A program made the translations under genes and the position numbers. From assembly GCF_000012805.1 (NCBI RefSeq), contig NC_007484.1, positions 1,350,001 to 1,382,000 on the forward strand: 32,000 nucleotides of DNA, in the 5' to 3' direction. This DNA comes from Nitrosococcus oceani ATCC 19707. Its GTDB lineage: Bacteria; Pseudomonadota; Gammaproteobacteria; Nitrosococcales; Nitrosococcaceae. This document shows positions 17,696 through 25,798 of this stretch, one piece after another. The notes under the pieces were generated by a model. It saw only the letters and a program-made list of their open reading frames with translations, was not told where the DNA came from and ran no database searches. Positions within the stretch are counted from its first letter, which is position 1, and every line of letters starts with the position of its first letter.

Positions 17696-19285
17696 CTAGT
17701 AAGAATGATGATTAGGGTTTGAGGCGCTATCGTAATGATTTTTTTGAGCTAAAATCTCCTCGGCAGCGTTACCGTTCTCCGCAACCGGGGCAGTTTCTAC
17801 ACGTGCTACCCAAGCTTGTAAGGTTTTATCTGTGGTAGTGAGGATTTGTTGTGGAAATAGACCAAGGAGTAATGCCAACGAAACCATGGTGCCGGCTATC
17901 CAGTATTCCCGTGAACGCAAATCTACGGTCTCTTTTACCGTAGCGCGGGTAACGGGACCAAGGAATGCCTTCTGATAAAAAACTAGATAGTAAGCAGCGC
18001 TTAGAATGATGCCTAGCAGCACGGCTAGTCCCATTCCTATATGGGCTTTGAATGCGCCGATCACGATTAGGTGTTCAGCGGCAAAACCATTGGTACCAGG
18101 CACACCAATACTTGCCAAGCCAAGAATAAAAAATAACGATGCTAAAATAGGCATGGGACGTGCCGCGCCGCCTAACGCAGTCAATTCAGTCGAGCCTAGT
18201 CTGTACTGGAGAAATCCTGCTATAAGGAAAATACCGCTGGCTACGATGCCAAAATTGAAGAGCTGAAACACTGCCCCTTGGATACCTTGGATATTGAAAG
18301 CAGCCGCGCCAATTAGCACGAAGCCTGCATGGCTGATACTAGAATAAGCAAGCATACGGCGTAGATTTGTTTGTTTTAGGGCAATCAATGCCCCATAGAT
18401 GGCGCCGATCGCGCCTAACAGCATCATTAGAACAAAATACTGGCTTGCGGCCTGGGGGGCCAGAGGTATGGCAAAGCGGATAATGCCAAATAAGCCTAGC
18501 TTTAGGCCTACGATGATGGCGGTGATGCTTGCCGGACCTTCCATCGCCATTGTCGGCAGCCAGACATGAAAGGGGAACAAAGGAGCCTTGATGGCAAAGC
18601 CGAAGAATAGTAATAAAAAAACTATTGATTGAGTCGCCAGAGGAATGGGGGTTTGCAGCAGTTCCATGTAGTTAAAGGAAAGCCCTGCTGGTGCGGCTAT
18701 TCCTGTTTCATTGGCGTGATTCAGCCCTAGCAGGATAAACCCAAAGAGCAAGAGAATTCCGCCGGTCAGCATGAACAGTACATATTTGAGCGCGGCATAG
18801 CGGCGGTGGACGCCGATTCCCCATAGGCTGATAAGAAAAAATAAGGGAGGCAGCGTGAGTTCCCAAAATAAAAAAAATAAAGCGAGATCCAGAGTGCAAT
18901 AGACGCCGATAGTAATGCCTTCCAGGAATAGCAGTAGGGCAAAATATAAGCTGGAGAGTGTTTTTATACTACGCCTGGAAGCTAATATCACAGCTACCGT
19001 GATCAGTGCGGTTAGTGGCACGAAGAGTACCGATAGCCCATCGACGCCTAGCAGATAATCGATATTCAGGGTCGGTATCCAGCTATGCTGCTCTACAAAC
19101 TGCATGCCATCCTGGTTAGGATCGAATAGCCCTAGCAGGATAAGGGATAGCAGCAGCTCGGCAACCGCTACCCCTAGCGCCACAGATAAGATCCGGTGCT
19201 TATTACGGATGCGGAGCAGGCTAATGCCTGCCACCACGGGAAGAAAGATCAAAAGACTGAGAAGGGGGAAAGGGGATGTTTCCAC
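17696..19285 (-). CDS. NuoM/NdhD/MrpD-like proton-antiporter-type membrane subunit (PF00361 family), last gene of the DAB-like operon
   Basis: 529 aa with a GTG start. Has LGVDGLSVLFVPLT, FFLFWELTLPPLFFLI (TM5 Glu) and GFAIKAPLFPFHVWLP (TM7 Lys), all hallmarks of NuoM-type subunits. Confidence 0.85.
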   Translation of the reverse strand: METSPFPLLSLLIFLPVVAGISLLRIRNKHRILSVALGVAVAELLLSLILLGLFDPNQDGMQFVEQHSWIPTLNIDYLLGVDGLSVLFVPLTALITVAVILASRRSIKTLSSLYFALLLFLEGITIGVYCTLDLALFFLFWELTLPPLFFLISLWGIGVHRRYAALKYVLFMLTGGILLLFGFILLGLNHANETGIAAPAGLSFNYMELLQTPIPLATQSIVFLLLFFGFAIKAPLFPFHVWLPTMAMEGPASITAIIVGLKLGLFGIIRFAIPLAPQAASQYFVLMMLLGAIGAIYGALIALKQTNLRRMLAYSSISHAGFVLIGAAAFNIQGIQGAVFQLFNFGIVASGIFLIAGFLQYRLGSTELTALGGAARPMPILASLFFILGLASIGVPGTNGFAAEHLIVIGAFKAHIGMGLAVLLGIILSAAYYLVFYQKAFLGPVTRATVKETVDLRSREYWIAGTMVSLALLLGLFPQQILTTTDKTLQAWVARVETAPVAENGNAAEEILAQKNHYDSASNPNHHSY

Positions 19286-19302
19286 GGTATATAATCCTAC
19301 GG

Positions 19303-20844
19303 TTAATTCATAACTAGGGCGGTTTCAAAGCGCTGCGATAACGCGGTCAGAGAGCCGTCGACCATTTCAAGCCAGGGTCCCGTATAAAAGCCAATACCTG
19401 CCAAAACACTACAGACGGTGGCGGCTAATAGGATTTCAGGCACATCCAGCTTGATCTTCTTGGGCTGAAGCGCTCTTTCCCGACGTTGGGCCAGGAAGGC
19501 GCGTTGGAAAGCCCATAGAAGGAAGGCGGCGGCCGCCACAGTGCCTGAAGCTACGGCAACGGCGATGCTCCAATGATAGGTGGCTATCGCTCCTTCCAAT
19601 ATGAGATGGGCCGCATCAAAGCCAGGAGTACCGGGCATGGCCATGGTGCTAAGGGCCGCGATCAAGAAGGTAAAACCCAGCAAGGGAGTAGCATCGAACA
19701 AGCCGCCTAGGCGAGGTAGCAGTGTGGTACGAGTGCTGCGGTAGAATATCCCCATCACGAATAGCAACCCACTGGCGGCGACTCCAAAATTAATCGTCAG
19801 CAGGAGGCTCCCTTCCAGGCCCACTCTATTTAGACAGAAAACGCCGATGATGAGCAAACCAGTGTGGCTTACCACGGCAAAGGCCAGCAGGCGGCGCAGG
19901 TTAACTTGCAGCAAGGCCATGACCGCGCCATAGAAGGTGCCGATGATGGCGAGGGTTACGATGAAACTTTTCCATTCTTCTACGGCATCGGGCATGAGGG
20001 GCAAGATAAAACGCAGTAAGGCATAAAGGCCCACTTTAAGGCCGACCAGGAAAACGCCTAGAGTCGCCACCGGGCCATGCTGCGCGACGATGGGTATCCA
20101 AGCGTGAAAGGGGAATAACCCTAAGCGGGGAGCAATACCAAATAAAAATAGTACGAAGATAGGCGCTTGCGCCTTTGGGCTAAGCGGCGAGGCCAAAAGA
20201 TCCGTGAGGGCAAACGACCAGCTTCCCGTCGCCTCAGCGTGGTACCAACCGAGGAGCAAGATGGCGATTAACAGCAACCCGATTCCTCCCACCATGTCTT
20301 GGAGGTAACGGGAAAGCGCCCAGTTTTTCTCTGGACCTTGGGTGGTTCCCCAGCGATGTAAAATAATCCCTGCTGGGACTAGTTCCAACGCCAGAAGCAG
20401 CCAAAATCCTAACAAGTTGATGCTCATGAATAATCCCATCAGCACTGCCTGAAAGGCAAAGATACTGGCCACATAAAAGCCTATGGGACGCTCATCGACA
20501 ATCTCCGTGGAGACGGTTTTACAGTAAAGGATAAGCAGCAGAGTCAGCAGGGCGGTGAGGGCAACGAATAAAATACTGATACCGTCCACGCCCAGATGAT
20601 AGAACAAAAAGGGAGGCAACAGCGAAACCCGTTCAACAAATTGGAGGTTAGCGGTACCGGTTTCGAAATGAGTCAGCAAATAGATTGCCAGACCTAGTTC
20701 TAAAGCGGCTGCAATAATACCTAATAGGACGGTTGAATTAGATTTAACGATTAAGGCGATGGTCATGGCCAGGAGCGGCAGCACGATCATTGTGCTCAGG
20801 ATGGGGAAGCCTGCTTGCGCGGACCAACTTATTTCGGCAATCAT
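19303..20844 (-). CDS. Divergent NuoM/NuoN/MrpD-like antiporter-type membrane subunit
   Basis: 513 aa with an ATG preceded by AGAGGA. Has HLGVDGISILFVALT and LALELVP (Glu retained), but the TM7 motif reads FGIAPRLGLFPFHAWIP, with Arg where the paralogs have Lys. Confidence 0.85.
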   Translation of the reverse strand: MIAEISWSAQAGFPILSTMIVLPLLAMTIALIVKSNSTVLLGIIAAALELGLAIYLLTHFETGTANLQFVERVSLLPPFLFYHLGVDGISILFVALTALLTLLLILYCKTVSTEIVDERPIGFYVASIFAFQAVLMGLFMSINLLGFWLLLALELVPAGIILHRWGTTQGPEKNWALSRYLQDMVGGIGLLLIAILLLGWYHAEATGSWSFALTDLLASPLSPKAQAPIFVLFLFGIAPRLGLFPFHAWIPIVAQHGPVATLGVFLVGLKVGLYALLRFILPLMPDAVEEWKSFIVTLAIIGTFYGAVMALLQVNLRRLLAFAVVSHTGLLIIGVFCLNRVGLEGSLLLTINFGVAASGLLFVMGIFYRSTRTTLLPRLGGLFDATPLLGFTFLIAALSTMAMPGTPGFDAAHLILEGAIATYHWSIAVAVASGTVAAAAFLLWAFQRAFLAQRRERALQPKKIKLDVPEILLAATVCSVLAGIGFYTGPWLEMVDGSLTALSQRFETALVMN

Positions 20845-20858
20845 TTCGAATCCTCTAT

Positions 20859-22400
20859 TTATAATGCTGCAAGTAGCGCCGCGATGATTAAAGCGACTAA
20901 AAACCGTGGCTCGCTTAGCAGTGCTTCAAACCGGTTGAGGGCGCTACCTAGCTGGTGGCGGCCTACACGGACTATATCTTCGCCAATGCCCCGCAAAATT
21001 AGGCGGTCTTCAAACCAGTAAAAAAGATCGGCTAGCGCATAAATTAGCCGTCCTCCCAGGCCGCTGACTTGAATAACTTCTGGATCGGCTTGATAGTCCC
21101 TTCGCTCAGCTGATTCTGTTGGTGCTGTGGATGTTTTGGGTATAGGCAGACCTGCTGCCGAATCCACAATCCGGCTGTCGAAATAATGGAGATCACTACC
21201 AAGTCGCTGGATGGGTTTAACGGCAATCCAATCGCCTAAATTTTCTAACCAGAGGCGCTGCAATGAAGCCAGATAAAGCCAGCGCCGTTTCTCTAGAAAG
21301 TTGGGAACCGGGCGCGGCGGATTATCTTTAATCTGCTGCATAATAGAAGAAGAAGTGAGGAACTGATATCCTCGGAATACCGCGTGGGCGCATAGATGCC
21401 ATAGCGCCAGATCCCAGAAACCTAGGCCCGCTTCGAGAAACATCAGGCCCACCTGGGCCGTGGTAGAGAAAATCAAGGCGCTTTTAGTATCCGTTTGGGT
21501 AAGCCCGCAGAAGAAACCGTAAATCGCCGTTAAAAGCCCTATGATCGCCATCAGCACCATGACTAGTGGAGCATGTTCAAATACCGGCTCCGATCTGAGA
21601 ACTAGATAAATGCCCGCATGTACCATAACTGCCCCATAAAAAATGGCGCTGGAAGGCGTGGGCCCTACTATGGCCCGTGCCAACCATGGCGCCAAGGGTA
21701 CCTGGGCGGATTTGGCAATGGCAGCTAAAAGAAAACAAAGGGCCAGCACCCGGGCTTCCCCGCGGGGCAGCTCGGCTGCATCGTTGGCGATATCGTTCCA
21801 TTCGAAACTGCCAATCCAGAAAAAGGAAAAAAAGATAGCTGTTACAAAAGCGATATCGCCAATACGTGTAGTAATGAAGGCCCGGGTTGCGTTGTTAGCC
21901 GCGACCGTCCGGTCATAGGCGTAGGCAATTAGCAAATAGGAAGTAACGCCAGCGACTTCCCAGCCCACGAAGCTGAGCACGGCGTTACCACCGATCGCCA
22001 GTAATAGCATGGCGCCGGCAAACAGGGAAAGCACCAGGAAAAAGCGGTGAAATCCGGCTTCACGATGCATGTAGTTAATGGAAAAACGTATTACCATCAC
22101 GGAGAGGATGATGCTCGTTGTAGCCATAGCGAGGCTGAGGTTATCAAAAATGAAACTAATATTGATGCGATAATTTCCGCTTTCAAACCAGGTTCCTAGA
22201 ACAATATGCTCGGCAAGGAGGCCCTGCAGCTTCATGAAGATGGCTATCAGCACCGCTAATAGGGAGATACCACTAGCATACAAGGTGATGCGGGCGGTGA
22301 GGCGCTCGCTGGCCTCACCGGCAATGCGGCCCGATAATATGCCTATGCCGATAAAAAGGGCGGCCAAAAAAGGAGGCAGGACGATAAGTTCAGGCAGCAT
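20859..22400 (-). CDS. dabB: NuoL/NdhF/MrpA-like antiporter-type subunit, DabB-type partner of DUF2309
   Basis: Has the NuoL-type N-terminal module (FDNLSLAMATTSIILSVMVIRFSINYM) plus FVGWEVAGVTSYLLIAY and AKSAQVPLAPWL. The preferred ATG at 22400 (MLPELIV) is preceded by GGAG and overlaps the dabA stop by 11 nt; the track start at 22427 is a TTG. Confidence 0.85.
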   Translation of the reverse strand: MLPELIVLPPFLAALFIGIGILSGRIAGEASERLTARITLYASGISLLAVLIAIFMKLQGLLAEHIVLGTWFESGNYRINISFIFDNLSLAMATTSIILSVMVIRFSINYMHREAGFHRFFLVLSLFAGAMLLLAIGGNAVLSFVGWEVAGVTSYLLIAYAYDRTVAANNATRAFITTRIGDIAFVTAIFFSFFWIGSFEWNDIANDAAELPRGEARVLALCFLLAAIAKSAQVPLAPWLARAIVGPTPSSAIFYGAVMVHAGIYLVLRSEPVFEHAPLVMVLMAIIGLLTAIYGFFCGLTQTDTKSALIFSTTAQVGLMFLEAGLGFWDLALWHLCAHAVFRGYQFLTSSSIMQQIKDNPPRPVPNFLEKRRWLYLASLQRLWLENLGDWIAVKPIQRLGSDLHYFDSRIVDSAAGLPIPKTSTAPTESAERRDYQADPEVIQVSGLGGRLIYALADLFYWFEDRLILRGIGEDIVRVGRHQLGSALNRFEALLSEPRFLVALIIAALLAAL

Positions 22401-25400
22401 GATGGGTCTCCGTCTGTTTGGGTTCAACTAGCGCAGGTGGCCTAGGATCGCTATAACCGTCATACCAGTCCATGGAGCGCTCCACCACCGGCAAGGGTGA
22501 GGGTTCCCGATAGCTTTTCCAGGGAATAAATCCTTGCTTAGGATCGAACACCGAAATTTTGCCGGTTTTTGGGTGGATAGCTGCTAACAGCAGCCAACCG
22601 CCATCAATGAGCTGGCGCAAAGGTGGCAGCAACCAGCTACCTCCGGCGGGCTCTTGGGAAGAGGGTTGGCGCTTGTAGATAGCGGTCAGGGTTTCCGTGG
22701 TTGCTTCCACTACGGTTAGAACGCGCATGGGCTCATGAACATCAACCATTTGATAGGAACACCAGGTGCGTAAATCATCGTCAATACCCTGCATGACGCC
22801 AAATAGACCGGTTACGTTTTGGGCTACCTTTGAGCCACTACCAAATCCCTGGTTATTGGCGGCCGAAAAGTAATAATCCAGATTAATACCTACGCCTACC
22901 GGGCCAGCGTTCTTAAGGACGCCTTCAAGAATAGTGCCTTCTGCGTCATCAATAGTTGGATCATAAGAAAGCACGAAGCAGCGGCGGTCTAGAAATATCC
23001 CCCGGGTGACGGAACGGCGCCCGATAAGCGCCGAGGCAACCGTGGCATGGCCTAGCTCTGGCCGGGCCTGGCTGAAGTCCGTGCCACGTTCGGCAACATG
23101 TCTCCTGGCCTGCTGTAGACTAGGTTTACGGGGTGCCGAAGCCATGCGCCGACAACGTTCATGGGCTGACAGCAGGAGGGCCTGATCAACTTCGGCTTTC
23201 AATTTCTTCAGGGCGGGCGCGAAATTAGCGGGCACTTTATCCAGATCGAACCAGGGGAACGATTCGGAACAAGTATCATGTTCCGTGCCGATGAACCAGG
23301 TGTCGTCAGGAATGTGGATACCTTGTTCAGCGAGCCGTGCCCGTATTTCCGGCCGGTTAGCCATGGCCGCAAAAGCGCGGGCATTGGGTCCGCCATGGCG
23401 CCCGCCGGAGGCGCCGCAGTCATAAGAAGCTAGCTGGGGGTTATTTTCGCTCATGGAGCCATGCCCGGATAGCACCACCAGCGGCGCAAAGCCAGAGGTA
23501 AACCCGATAGCGCGTAGAAAGGCTGCTAATCGTTCAGCTTGCTCAGCATCGGTGAATCCTACACGTAGATTATCGGGTGTGGCTTCCGTGCCGTCGTCCG
23601 GTACAGTAAGTTTCAATTGGGTCGGTACGGGTGGCACAAGCGCAGCGGTAGCTTTGCGTTTTAGCGATGCTTGCTGGAAGGGAAAGAAAACCTTGCCTGC
23701 TAGCACAGCTAGCATTCCAGGGAAGAGGACATCGATTAATACCTTTGAAGTCAATAGGTCGCGGCGGGTTTTATTATGAAGTACGCGAAGTAGAAATTGC
23801 TTGAAGTTATAGAGGCGTTTATGGAGGCCGTACCGTTTTTTTGCTTCCGGACGAGGTTCTTCATGAAGTTCATTAACAGGGGTTACCACAACCGGACAAT
23901 GGGGGGTGGTATCAGGGTAATCTAACCCGCGCCACTGAATGGGTACACCGAAAAAGCCTGGCGCCCCCAAGGTTTCAAGGTTAGGGTTGACTTCCTCTAA
24001 ATGGCGGCGAATACCTTCCTCCCGGTCGTCGAAACAGAAGATCAGTTGTGCCTCTGGGCGTTCATTCCGGTTGGCCCAGCGGCCACGCCCATGATTCTGA
24101 GTCAGCGCAGCGAAATAATCCTCCCGGTAATGGTACTCATAAGCACAGAGCCAGATATACCCCCGTTCTGAGGTGGTCAATTCATCCAGGATGGCGAGCA
24201 GTTGTTCAGCCTCGCTGGAGGAAAGTTTGCCCACCTCATTTCCCGGCAGACCTAGATGCTGTGCTAGGCAGAATAAACGCCAGACATGAGAATGCACGGT
24301 TTGACGTTTTGTCCTTTCCGCCGAAGGATTGTGCTTCCAGTTATGAATCATATTGGAGACCGTGCGCCAATTTTCCCGATCCTTTTGGGCAGTTCTGGGC
24401 AGAGCTATCAGTTCTTGTGCTCTGATGGCCAAATATTCTGGGAGCGTGTTTGAAAATAGCGCATACCGCCCAGAGAACTCCCAAAGGTAATTCTCGAAGT
24501 AAGTTTTGAGTTCCTCTAGATTACCGGCGATACCCCAGGTGTTTTGGGTAACCTGTTCAATATGAATCACATCCAAGAAGAGGCGGATAGCCAGATAATC
24601 CATAAGCGAAGTAGGGGCCTTCCGATTCGGCTTATATTTGGGCCGATGGTGGCGCCAGTTAATAAGACCGGACCAGCCTGGAAGTTCCACAGCTATCCGT
24701 TTCAGGTAACCTTCCCAACGGGATTCTGGGATTTTCAATCGCTCAAGGCAGGCAATAACGGCATCTACTGAGTGCTCTGGTAACTCGGCATGGAACGACT
24801 GCCAATCCGGTAGCCTAGCCAAGTCTAGTCCGAGTTCAGCGAAGGGGCACTTTCGCCATGCGGCATAGAGCCCTTGCCCTCGCTCCGGTAGACTCCAGGC
24901 TGTGAAGCCTTCATCAAGATGGGAAGCACAGAAGCGAATCAAGATGGGACGAACCTGATCTAAAAGATCCTCACCAGTCAGTGCTTGTAATAGACCACGC
25001 AGGGAGAGTTCCTCACCTACCTTATCGACTAGATGATGAAGATCTTTTCGTGCTTCAGCAAGCATTTCTTCTTGGGGGATAAGCGTGGGTTGGCTTGTGC
25101 GGAATTTACTCTGTTTACCTTCGGCCTGGCTGCGGGAAAATTCTTCTAGGTCTACCAGTTCCCCTAACTCTTCCGAATGCAGATTAGGATTTTCTAACTG
25201 GAAAACCCTTAAACATGCTTCCCATAGATCTCGGATGGCCTGGCTTTCCGTACGGCGGTTTTGATCTGTCTCTTGGGTAGCGTTAAGCAGTGTGTCGCGG
25301 GCAGATTTTGGCACGCCGTTCTGAAAACGCTCCAGAGCATCATATTCCTTGATTTGCCAACGAAAACGGCTGGGAGAAAGAGGGTTAATGTCCTGGATTA

Positions 25401-25767
25401 GGCTGATACGCCAAATGTCCTGTTTATTGATAGGACGGCCACTAACTTTCAGTACAATTTCGCGATTACGGCCATGGGTATTGTTTGCTAGGGATTCGTT
25501 AAGGTCAGCATCGTCAATACGGCCCCGGGCATAATGCTTACGGAAGTCTTCTTCAGGCAAGTAACCTCGGATGCCAGTCAGCTCAAAGTGAGCCGCCATG
25601 GCTTCGGCGAAGGAGATATGGTGGTAGCCCTGCATGGTGTTTAAGTGCATGAAGTCATACAGGGGGGCTGCGCATGGCAGCACGAGTTCTAACTTGTCTA
25701 CCGCGGTAGTCAGTTTTTCTCGGTTATCTAAGGGCGATTCCGCCTGTTCGGCGTGGTGTGCGCTCAT
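22390..25767 (-). CDS. dabA: DUF2309 (UPF0753, PF10070) protein, DabA-type putative energy-coupled carbonic anhydrase subunit
   Basis: 1125 aa. Family-typical blocks are ERGYIWLCAYEYHYRE, LIFCFDDREEGIRRHLEE, GAPGFFGVP, SGHGSMSENNPQLASYDCGASGGRHGGPNARAFA, FIGTEHDT, RPELGHA, INLDYYFSAANNQGFGSGSKVAQNV and HEPMRVLTVVEA. The RBS AGGAG lies 6 nt upstream of the ATG. Confidence 0.9.
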   Translation of the reverse strand: MSAHHAEQAESPLDNREKLTTAVDKLELVLPCAAPLYDFMHLNTMQGYHHISFAEAMAAHFELTGIRGYLPEEDFRKHYARGRIDDADLNESLANNTHGRNREIVLKVSGRPINKQDIWRISLIQDINPLSPSRFRWQIKEYDALERFQNGVPKSARDTLLNATQETDQNRRTESQAIRDLWEACLRVFQLENPNLHSEELGELVDLEEFSRSQAEGKQSKFRTSQPTLIPQEEMLAEARKDLHHLVDKVGEELSLRGLLQALTGEDLLDQVRPILIRFCASHLDEGFTAWSLPERGQGLYAAWRKCPFAELGLDLARLPDWQSFHAELPEHSVDAVIACLERLKIPESRWEGYLKRIAVELPGWSGLINWRHHRPKYKPNRKAPTSLMDYLAIRLFLDVIHIEQVTQNTWGIAGNLEELKTYFENYLWEFSGRYALFSNTLPEYLAIRAQELIALPRTAQKDRENWRTVSNMIHNWKHNPSAERTKRQTVHSHVWRLFCLAQHLGLPGNEVGKLSSSEAEQLLAILDELTTSERGYIWLCAYEYHYREDYFAALTQNHGRGRWANRNERPEAQLIFCFDDREEGIRRHLEEVNPNLETLGAPGFFGVPIQWRGLDYPDTTPHCPVVVTPVNELHEEPRPEAKKRYGLHKRLYNFKQFLLRVLHNKTRRDLLTSKVLIDVLFPGMLAVLAGKVFFPFQQASLKRKATAALVPPVPTQLKLTVPDDGTEATPDNLRVGFTDAEQAERLAAFLRAIGFTSGFAPLVVLSGHGSMSENNPQLASYDCGASGGRHGGPNARAFAAMANRPEIRARLAEQGIHIPDDTWFIGTEHDTCSESFPWFDLDKVPANFAPALKKLKAEVDQALLLSAHERCRRMASAPRKPSLQQARRHVAERGTDFSQARPELGHATVASALIGRRSVTRGIFLDRRCFVLSYDPTIDDAEGTILEGVLKNAGPVGVGINLDYYFSAANNQGFGSGSKVAQNVTGLFGVMQGIDDDLRTWCSYQMVDVHEPMRVLTVVEATTETLTAIYKRQPSSQEPAGGSWLLPPLRQLIDGGWLLLAAIHPKTGKISVFDPKQGFIPWKSYREPSPLPVVERSMDWYDGYSDPRPPALVEPKQTETHHAA

Positions 25768-25798
25768 GAGATTCTCCTAAATTCTATATGGAAGTCTA

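Noticed and set aside
23208-24425. Several 70-125-aa ORFs within dabA: antisense (+ strand) 23453..23779 and 24048..24425, and an out-of-frame same-strand (-) ORF at 23208..23423
   Set aside because: They lie entirely inside a long CDS that shows family-specific motifs along its whole length. Their translations are Arg/Pro/Gly/Ser-rich and low in complexity, as expected for shadow ORFs in GC-rich coding DNA. They have no RBS or recognisable motifs.
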